Assembly: GCF_001194135.2 (NCBI RefSeq) | Contig: NC_068999.1 | Location: 41,285,658-41,349,657, forward strand | From: Octopus bimaculoides | Lineage: Eukaryota | Reading direction: 5' to 3' | DNA length: 64,000 nucleotides | Part shown: piece by piece, positions 54,406 to 64,000 of the stretch | Layout: the number at the start of each line of letters is the position of its first letter | Numbering within the stretch: the first letter of the stretch is position 1 | Translations under genes and position numbers: made by a program | Notes under the pieces: generated by a model | Seen by the model: only the letters and a program-made list of their open reading frames with translations | What the model was told of the DNA's origin: nothing | The model's database searches: none

Positions 54406-56216
54406 GAAAAATGTATTGTAAATAAATAACGACACATAAAGAACGTATGCGTATACTGAGTGTACAACCGGACAGGAGACAGACACAGAAGATCCCTAAC
54501 TCTTCATCAGTTATCAACTAGATGGTAATATACGGTTTCGCACCATTAATGATAAGACTGTTCTATGTGTGAACAAGATTTTAATGTTTCCACACATAGA
54601 ACAGACGAAACGCTTAAACAAATTACGGAAGCTCCACACACAATAGAAGATAAACCTAGCCGAAATAGAAAACTAGAATGGAACATTAGCACACACACTC
54701 CATACACCACAACTTATGACAGAATACGATCCTCATAAACTGATAATAATATGAAACTAATAGAATACACAAATAAATAAATAGAATTTTATATATATAT
54801 CTATATATATATATATATATATATAAACATNNNNNNNNNNNNNNNNNNNNNNNNNNNNNNNNNNNNNNNNNNNNNNNNNNNNNNNNNNNNNNNNNNNNNN
54901 NNNNNNNNNNNNNNNNNNNNNNNNNNNNNNNNNNNNNNNNNNNNNNNNNNNNNNNNNNNNNNNNNNNNNNNNNNNNNNNNNNNNNNNNNNNNNNNNNNNN
55001 NNNNNNNNNNNNNNNNNNNNNNNNNNNNNNNNNNNNNNNNNNNNNNNNNNNNNNNNNNNNNNNNNNNNNNNNNNNNNNNNNNNNNNNNNNNNNNNNNNNN
55101 NNNNNNNNNNNNNNNNNNNNNNNNNNNNNNNNNNNNNNNNNNNNNNNNNNNNNNNNNNNNNNNNNNNNNNNNNNNNNNNNNNNNNNNNNNNNNNNNNNNN
55201 NNNNNNNNNNNNNNNNNNNNNNNNNNNNNNNNNNNNNNNNNNNNNNNNNNNNNNNNNNNNNNNNNNNNNNNNNNNNNNNNNNNNNNNNNNNNNNNNNNNN
55301 NNNNNNNNNNNNNNNNNNNNNNNNNNNNNNNNNNNNNNNNNNNNNNNNNNNNNNNNNNNNNNNNNNNNNNNNNNNNNNNNNNNNNNNNNNNNNNNNNNNN
55401 NNNNNNNNNNNNNNNNNNNNNNNNNNNNNNNNNNNNNNNNNNNNNNNNNNNNNNNNNNNNNNNNNNNNNNNNNNNNNNNNNNNNNNNNNNNNNNNNNNNN
55501 NNNATATATATAATCCTTTTGCACAATATAAGATGAAAACAAAACATCAACTTCGAAAGAGAAAGGAAGAGTAATTTATAACAATTTCCAATACAGTACT
55601 ATATTGGAAATAATTAATGCCGTTACAAAAAAAAACAATACAACTTACTCTTTATGGATAAATTTGAAACACGTTTACACGCAAAATACTCAACAAAACA
55701 CTCTGTAGAAAACCCTTCCACAAAGGTTAGTGACATTCTGTTAAACAAAAGCAATTTCTTTAATAAAATGTATTTTTCTCGTTATTGTTACTGCATCAAG
55801 CAATCTTTACAAAAGCTTTTAAATTCATAGATAGATAGATAGATAAATGGATGGATGGATAAATAGATGCATGGATGGATAAATAGATAGATGAATGGAT
55901 AAATAGATAGATAGATACGTGCATATATGCATTAAACGTATGTGTATGTGTGTGCATTATGTACATCTATGAATTTCGTTGCTATATATATGTATTATGA
56001 ATATGAATATATGTATTACATATATATGCGCATGTATTTGAATCGGTATTATATATATCCGCATATAGATGCACACACACACGTATGTGCGTGTATGTGT
56101 ATACAAAAATATATGATCCTTCTCTATGCACATATACAAGCATACATAAACACACAGACGTCAGAAATCACTCACATACCTTACATGCATACATACACAC
56201 ACACTTATATTCATAC

Positions 56217-56260
<44 letters not shown>

Positions 56261-57016
56261 TCACCAGACACATAAATATCTTCTCGTTGAACTCTCAGCC
56301 AACCTTGTTTATATGCAACAATGTTACAAAGTCAGTGCTAATGCTTAATATAGTGAATTAAGATAATTGAATTAGTTAAAATTCCGTCTATATTGACGAG
56401 AATAAAGCCATTAGCTTAATGATAAAATCTGGTTAAACAGAACGTAAGGGGAGATAAATCAGAAATATGTTTCAATAAAAAAAAATGTAAAAGGTAATTA
56501 GTGATTAATTAATTTTATTTTTGCATTAATTAAAAATTAAATGCATTTTAATTTATTGAAAATATAATGCATTTAAGTAGTCAGTAATGTTGGGGCGAAT
56601 ATACGAAATTTCCGTGTAATGATATAACAGGAAGTTAACGTAATCGAGTTTTCATGGCGGCATTTTGCGGACAGGATTTCAAGAGAATGTCCCGCATCTT
56701 AACGATTTCGTTACCAAAGATTAATGCTACTATGAAGTGCGTGTGAACCGGGCTATCTGTCAGGCATTCTAATTGATGGCAACTGGCCCTAAGTTGACCT
56801 ACCATGAATCATAGAGGACATTAATATAGCTGAACTGTTACACGATATATCGAGGATGCTTCACGAAAATACTATCGGAGCAAACTCTCGGCGTTTAAAT
56901 GATTTATGTGTAAGTGTGTGTGTGTCTGAATAGAGGGGAGAGGTAGGTATGAGCGTGTTTGTGTGTACGTTGATGCTTGATTCTATGATATATGTGTATA
57001 TGTATACATATACGTT

Positions 57017-57129
<113 letters not shown>

Positions 57130-57877
57130 ATATATATATGTATATATATATTTATATATGTCCCTATATATATGTGTGCGGGCATATATATATATATATA
57201 CGTGTACGTGTCTATTGAGAAGGAGGTCAATCTCTGTATGATTATATATGTATATACCAATGTATATCCATATATATGTGCATTTAATGCTTGTGTACCC
57301 GTATGTGTCTGTGCACATACACACATATACATACATTCATACGAACACTTATATAGCCTTCGAGTTTCTTATGTTGCTTTGCAGGTAATAAATTATGGTA
57401 CGCGTGTGTGTGATGTGATAAAGTTTGCGATCAGATCCACCTGGAACATAAAAAGAAAAAGATAGTGTTAACACTGCAAACTAGTCACCTTATAAAGAAC
57501 ACAATTTATGTGTATGATATGAGAAAAATCTGGCTGCTGTTTCTAGCAGAACGTAAGTATATTTAGATGGCAGTGGTGAAGTACGGTTACCCTGCACCAC
57601 TTAATTACATGCAACTACTACGAAACGGTGTCATTCAGTGATTTCCCTGCTAGAACCTCCTTGTCTCATCTCTTGTGTCAGTAGTTCTTAGGGAACCGGA
57701 AGAATCGTTTGAGTATAAATAAATAGTTTGTCTAATGTGTTTGGGCTTTCTGTGCCTTGAGTTCGATCAAGATTGAAGGATCAAGACATAGGATCAAGAT
57801 TGAAATAGAATTTGAACCTTGATCTTTTTGGAATCGATAATTAAAATACTGGTTCACTGCTGGCATCCATTAACCCC

Positions 57878-57933
<56 letters not shown>

Positions 57934-58079
57934 GAGGAGGGATATAATATCCAGGCAGAATACCCAAACCACTAAGCTACGCGCCTTCATATTATATTAA
58001 TAGATTATATTATTAGATATGATAAGCACAAGTTTATTTATATTGTATAACGGTATTGACCAGATTATCGAATGTTATA

Positions 58080-58340
58080 CAATGCTGGTCACAATGCGTT
58101 TTACATAGTTATAGCTTTCCAATGACGCCACCCTACTGGCTAGGCGAACAGGCCAATATTGCCTCTGATCGTAGAACTATTCCGTCACAGGGTGACCCAT
58201 TTGCTTCTGAGTGAACAGGAGAAACGTGAAAAGAAGTGTTTTGTTCAAGAACACAACGCATCGCCCGAACCTGGAATCGAACCCACGATCTAGCTATCGT
58301 GAGCATAATACCCTAACCACCAGGCCACGCGTTTTCACAT
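58080..58340 (-). mobile_element. tRNA-derived SINE of a third family
   Basis: The minus strand has a tRNA-like head: cgtggcctggtggttaggg (A-box-like) and gtgggttcgattccagg (B-box), followed by gttgtgttcttgaacaaaacactt, a conserved central-domain-like motif. Confidence 0.7.
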
Positions 58341-59285
58341 ATATTTGTAACAGTCCAGTCTTTTTTTCTCACGTTGAGACATGCTGAGGGATCCGGATTA
58401 TTATATGTGTGAGCTGAATGGCTTACAAGTATATTTTATTAATTTTACCAGCTGAAATTCGGTTTCGGCAATCAAAACTGAATACTGACCGACCAGACGG
58501 ACGGGGAATCAACAGTTGTTCTCGTTAATAGATCTGATGGCATATAAATGTCTCCAGATTTATCACTGTCATTAAAATATGAGACGTTCTGCTTATGATA
58601 TTAGTAAGAAACATTTTTTCTATTGAATTGTTACAGTAAAAACAGCAGTAATTGTGGTGGTGGTGGTGGTGGTGGTAGTAGTAGTAGTAGTGGTGATGGT
58701 GGTGGTAAAAAAACTTTTCTATTTTTTTTGCTTTATATTTTATGCAATGTGTCACTTGTCGGGGGGTTTGGTGTGAGGAAACTGATGTTATTGGTTTCCT
58801 GTATGCATTTATGGCCACTTATTGGTGTTTTCTGGATTTGCCTCATATATACTACGATGTTATCTAACAATTTATTGCTATAAACTATTATAGACTGATA
58901 TTTGCTTCAAGTTTTTGGGGAAAAAAAATTTATAGCCACCGTTACGGCTGTTGAAGCTTACAAAATATTACATGTTTCTCTCTCGCTTTGTTTTTCTTCC
59001 TCTCTCTCCGATAAGTGATTTTACGATAGACATCTTTTTCTTGTTTTTTAAGAGGGCAATCACTATTTTCATGGTGCTAAAAATTTGTTTGTGACTTTCG
59101 TGTAAACGATGGTGACGAAGTGATGTTAACATCAGAGAAATTAATTTTCATATTAACACTTCATTTGTGAGTAATTGTTCCATATCACACCTTGTATTAA
59201 CTACACATATGTCATTGACATATCGGTAATTGGTCGATGGTCGATCGCTTACAACTATATTTCTTTTTGGCTTTTGGTCTTTTAG

Positions 59286-59336
59286 CTGCTACTCTACGAT
59301 TCAGCAACGACGCTTACGACACACTTGTCTACGCAT
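59286..59336 (+). CDS. Candidate 51-nt microexon; the phase-1 reading ATLRFSNDAYDTLVYA resembles an EC-repeat A strand
   Basis: Strong acceptor (ttctttttggcttttggtcttttag) and donor (cat|gtgagt); length divisible by 3. F-x4-Y-x3-V spacing is identical to FSKSFYEAAV in the 51901 exon. Its phase (1) does not match the phase-0 end of the preceding visible exon. Confidence 0.45.
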
Positions 59337-59691
59337 GTGAGTTTAATTACACAGTAAAACTTGCAATTTATAATTTTGTGGTGCAAGCTTTACAGAATGA
59401 TTTCCTGAAATACTTTAGGTATAGATGCGGCTTTCAGCGTTAAATGATAATTAATATAATTAAGGAGAATGTATCTAGTTGTGTGCCTGTGTTAGGGAAA
59501 TGTTTATCAACATCTAAAGCCATTAGGATATCTCAGCTTTACTGATATGGAATTTAACCGTTGGCAAGACATGAAATTTCATGAAACTTCATTGACTCCC
59601 TCCGAACAAATTCGAATTCGATACCGTTAATGTGATGGTGATGCTTCGGTCCTGGATTTCGGGAGTCATATATATATATATATAAATATAT

Positions 59692-59733
<42 letters not shown>

Positions 59734-60128
59734 GGGTATAAAAACATTGAAAAATCCCTACTTAAAGTTTCCCAAGAATGTGGCAGCACTAGGTTATTTC
59801 ATATCTTGAGGAAGATTGTCGATTTCCTTCTCGGAAAAGAACACATTTTGTCAACATTACATAACTTGATAATCATATATATATATAGCATATATAATCT
59901 CAAGAAGAGATCAGAGTCTCCATCTACCAAATTCGCTCATAAGGTATTGCTTGTTCCTCCCGGGACTGTAGAAGCAGATAACTTCTCAAATTGCCCAAGG
60001 TGTCGTGCTGTGGAACTGAACCCGAAACTTCGTAGCTGCTAAGCGAGTAGCTTCACCACACAACCATATTTTCGCATTTTTTTTTTGTTACCATTGTCAC
60101 TTTCTTGATGTGTTTGTTGTTGTTGTTG

Positions 60129-60212
60129 TTGTTGCGGCCGCTTTAGTTGATTTTGTTTTTGATATTTGTGTTGTTGCGGCCGCTTTAGTTGATTTTGTTT
60201 TTGATATTTGTG
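60129..60212 (+). repeat. Perfect 42-bp tandem duplication
   Basis: ttgttgcggccgctttagttgattttgtttttgatatttgtg occurs at 60129-60170 and 60171-60212. Confidence 0.95.
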
Positions 60213-60695
60213 CTGTTGCTAATCTACCGTCAGAATATATTAGTTCCGCAAACTGCCATTGATGTTGTTGTTATTGTTGTTACACGTTTTTTTTATTGCA
60301 CTCACAAACTGCTATTTTTGTTGCACATTTTTTTTTTTTTTTGCTGTTGTTATTGTTCCTGCGCCTTTGGTGTTTTGTGGGAATTACAAACTGTCGTTGT
60401 TGTTGTCTTGTTGTTATGGTTATTACTAAGATTTCATTGTGCTTTTTGTTGTTAGTTCCATACAACGATTTTATAGTCGATGTGGTTGGAGATGTTGACG
60501 TTATTGTTGCTAACTTTGAATATCTGTCTTTGATTCATTAAGCCTTTCAGCTACCAGTTCCTAACAGAATGCTGAGAATTCGCTTATTGTAATATTCATG
60601 CATTTCCAAAACACATTAGTAGCGTAAATCTACTGCACTTGTTGCCGTCCACGTATTCTTAATCTATGCCCTTATGGCTAATAAAAGAAATCTTT

Positions 60696-61943
60696 AGAAT
60701 CATTAGCATGCAGAGCAAAGTGCTTAGCTGCATTTCGTCCGACTTCACGTTCTGATTTCAAATTCCTCTGAGGTTGACTTTGCCTCTCATCCTATCGGGA
60801 TCGATAAAATAAGTACCAGTTGTGTACTGTGGTCGATGTAATCGATTTACACCCTTCCCTGAAATTGCTGGCCCTCAGCCAACATTTGAAAAAATATCAT
60901 CATCATTATTATTATTATTACTATTTTAAAAAGGATTGACTATTATTATTATTGTTATTATTATAATTATTGCGATAAGCTGGCAAAATCGTAAATAGGC
61001 CGGATTACAAGATTGGCGGCATTTCTGCCGCCTCTTTACATTCAGAGTTCAAATTTTGTTGACGTCAGCTTTGCCTTTCATACTTTCGGGGTCGATGAAT
61101 TAAGTACCAGTGAAACACTGAGGTCGATGTATTAGACTAGTCCCCTCCCCTTGTGCCTCCAGAAGAAATGATTATTATTATTATTATGATTTTTATTATT
61201 ATTATTATTATTCAGTAGTCTTACTTTTATCACATGCTTTCACTGCACTACCGAGCGCAGCTATGCGTACCTTGGGTGTGTGCAGTGGTTTGTTGTGATT
61301 CTCTTATTTCATCTGTATTGAAAGAGTTTTACGTACGATGTGTTATATATACTTGTTAGTCCTGGTGTTTTTGTTGTGTATTTGTCTGAAAGCTATTTAT
61401 CATACCTAATGAGCCTACTATGATAGGAATAGTGTTTTTTTTTTAGACTCCACAATCGAGTTACTTATTATTATTATTATTATTATTATTAAAGCAATGA
61501 GCTGGCAAAATCGTTTGCACGCCGGGTAAAATGCTTAGCGGCATTTCGTCCGCTTTTACGTTCTGAGTTCATATTCCGCCGAGGTCGACTTTTCCCTTCT
61601 TTCTTTCGGGGTTGATAAATTAAGTATCAGTTACGCACTGGGTTCGATGTAATCGACTTAATCCTTTCCCCAAAAAATTTGAGGCCTTGTGCTTCCAGTA
61701 GAAAGGATTATTATTATTATTATTATTATTAAGGTGGCGAGCTGGCAGAATCGTTACATGGTGGACGAAATGCTTAGCGGTTTTTCCCCCCGTCGCTACG
61801 TTCTGAGTTCATATTCCGCCAAGGTCAACTTTGCCTTTTATTCTTCAGGGACCGATAAAATAAATACCAGTTGAACACTGGGATCGATATAGTCGACTCA
61901 TCCTCGACCTTCCCCAAGCTGTCCTTGTGGAAAGAATTTGAAA
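60696..61943 (+). mobile_element. Cluster of four same-orientation family A SINE copies (about 60696-60890, 60972-61168, 61491-61706 and 61731-61943)
   Basis: Each copy carries gttctga(g/t)ttca...taagta(c/t)cag...tcgat and is separated from the next by (ATT)n tracts. Confidence 0.85.
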
Positions 61944-63192
61944 TGATAATTATTATTATCATTTCTTATCTTTGTTTATTCTTCNNNNNNNNNNNNNNNN
62001 NNNNNNNNNNNNNNNNNNNNNNNNNNNNNNNNNNNNNNNNNNNNNNNNNNNNNNNNNNNNNNNNNNNNNNNNNNNNNNNNNNNNNNNNNNNNNNNNNNNN
62101 NNNNNNNNNNNNNNNNNNNNNNNNNNNNNNNNNNNNNNNNNNNNNNNNNNNNNNNNNNNNNNNNNNNNNNNNNNNNNNNNNNNNNNNNNNNNNNNNNNNN
62201 NNNNNNNNNNNNNNNNNNNNNNNNNNNNNNNNNNNNNNNNNNNNNNNNNNNNNNNNNNNNNNNNNNNNNNNNNNNNNNNNNNNNNNNNNNNNNNNNNNNN
62301 NNNNNNNNNNNNNNNNNNNNNNNNNNNNNNNNNNNNNNNNNNNNNNNNNNNNNNNNNNNNNNNNNNNNNNNNNNNNNNNNNNNNNNNNNNNNNNNNNNNN
62401 NNNNNNNNNNNNNNNNNNNNNNNNNNNNNNNNNNNNNNNNNNNNNNNNNNNNNNNNNNNNNNNNNNNNNNNNNNNNNNNNNNNNNNNNNNNNNNNNNNNN
62501 NNNNNNNNNNNNNNNNNNNNNNNNNNNNNNNNNNNNNNNNNNNNNNNNNNNNNNNNNNNNNNNNNNNNNNNNNNNGGCGGGGGTAAAGATTAATATTACT
62601 TTTCTGTCTAATTTTCGCAGAGTTAATCTTCTGAAGACAAAGGTAGGGGGGCTGGGTATTGAGTTACACCGTGGTGGGTGAGGGGTAAAAAGTGGGAGGT
62701 GGCTGGCAACGGAAATAGGAGTGAATGTGGATGATGATGATGATGATGAACATGATCATGATGATGATGATCATCATGATGATACTGATGATGACGATGA
62801 TGCTGATCATTGTGGATGGATGAGTGGGTGTGAGTGAGGATGGTTGGAGAGAGAATGCAACTTGCTGTAACATCTCTTTAACCTTGTATCTCACTCCGAA
62901 ACACACCAAATCACATCAAAGACTTAATGAAGCGACTGCAGCCAATTTGCAATAACCATTAATTCGCACCCTGTTTTTGAAAAAATTGCGAAAATGGATA
63001 TTAATAATAATGTTTTTCTAACATAGGTACAGGTGGCAGATATTTGGTAAGGGAGTGGAATAATCGATTAAATCGACCTCGATATTTTACCGATACTTTT
63101 TATTTTTATTTTATTGATCCCAGAAGGATGACAAGCAAAGTTTCCTTCGGCGGGACTTGAACACAAACCATAAAATCCGGAAGAAATACCAC

Positions 63193-63240
<48 letters not shown>

Positions 63241-63298
63241 ACTGATGGCACTGGTGTAACATTATCAGACGGGAAGTGATGAAGAGTATAGTGGTTCC

Positions 63299-63533
63299 AG
63301 TTCTATATTTAAGAGATGAGAAATTATGTACATTATTTACATTTGACGGATATTTGTCCTCATCTTGTTTGTTGTTAACACAACGTTTCGGCTGGTATAC
63401 TCTCCAGCTTTCATCAGGCGTCTTGGAGAAATTTCCCAAAGACACCTGTTGAAGGCTGGAGGGTATATCAGCCGAAACATTGTGTTAGCAACAAACAAAA
63501 TGAGGAGAAATATCCGTTAAATGTAAATAATGT
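63299..63533. mobile_element. Palindromic fold-back element, copy 3 (centre collapsed at GAAATTTC)
   Basis: Same family sequence as copies 1 and 2, with the symmetry axis at gaaa|tttc (63431/63432). Flanked by an imperfect duplication gtatagtgg(ttc) at 63286-63297 and 63534-63547. Confidence 0.85.
63377..63486. ncRNA. Two degenerate hammerhead motifs, one per strand
   Basis: The minus copy gacgc-CTGATGA-aagctgg...ccagcc-GAAACGTT-gtgtt has an A.C closing mismatch. The plus copy gacac-CTGTTGA...GAAACATT-gtgtt has core substitutions and is likely inactive. Confidence 0.5.
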
Positions 63534-64000
63534 GTATAGTGGGGTTCGTATAATTGTGCCACAGCATCATGAACGTCTTTCCGAAACCAGGCATAATACA
63601 TAGATGAGAGACAAGGACAGGGATACAGCCACCGCTAACGCTATTGGTCATAACGATGATGATTGGTGATGACGGTGATGATAATGGTTAATTATTTGCT
63701 GATAATCATTAACAACAATGATGATGATGAAGATAGTAGTGAGAAAGTTATCGTTGAACCCCATTAGTTCGTTGTCCAATAAACAGCAATGCCATATTGA
63801 ACTCGGTTCTTCTAGTTCGTCTCCACCCATACCACACGATTATCTCGGCTGACAATTTCTCAACACCCACAAATGTTTTCTCTCCCTTTTTCTTTCTCTC
63901 TCTCTCTGAACGCCCGTCCTTTCTGTTTCTAGTTTCATTCTTTTCTTCAAAACCTTTCACAATTTTACATTTATACTCACACACATAGGCATAATATATG

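Noticed and set aside
58240-58340. tRNA gene
   Set aside because: A- and B-box-like motifs are present, but the sequence continues into a SINE body without a complete cloverleaf. It is a tRNA-derived SINE head.
60696-61943. Regularly recurring units superficially like a CRISPR array
   Set aside because: The units are diverged SINE copies of about 200 bp separated by (ATT)n. The context is eukaryotic, with no short identical repeats, unique spacers or cas genes.

Overview
Eukaryotic, AT-rich DNA that is very dense in microsatellites, from a gapped assembly. Most N-gaps sit at (TA)n tracts. The repeat content points to an octopus genome (inference). Most of the window is intron of one + strand cadherin-superfamily gene. 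Three small exons (1605-1689, 18132-18226, 51901-52071) splice in frame across GT-AG introns of 16,442 and 33,674 bp. They give 117 aa spanning most of one extracellular cadherin (EC) repeat and the start of the next. A possible fourth 51-nt microexon lies at 59286-59336. The supplied ORF track lists none of the three exons in their coding frame and consists mostly of microsatellite and gap artefacts. The introns hold two abundant SINE-like families, two decayed Tc1/mariner elements, an R4/Dong-type LINE remnant, an RTE 3' end, a Helentron-type non-autonomous element (HINE) and a palindromic MITE-like fold-back. The most notable observation is a family of three palindromic fold-back insertions (~13.0, 48.2 and 63.3 kb). 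The arms of the two larger copies carry minimal Penelope-type hammerhead ribozyme motifs, one of them intact on the host pre-mRNA strand. The centres of the two shorter copies have collapsed at internal self-palindromic sites. No CRISPR, rRNA or true tRNA genes were supportable.
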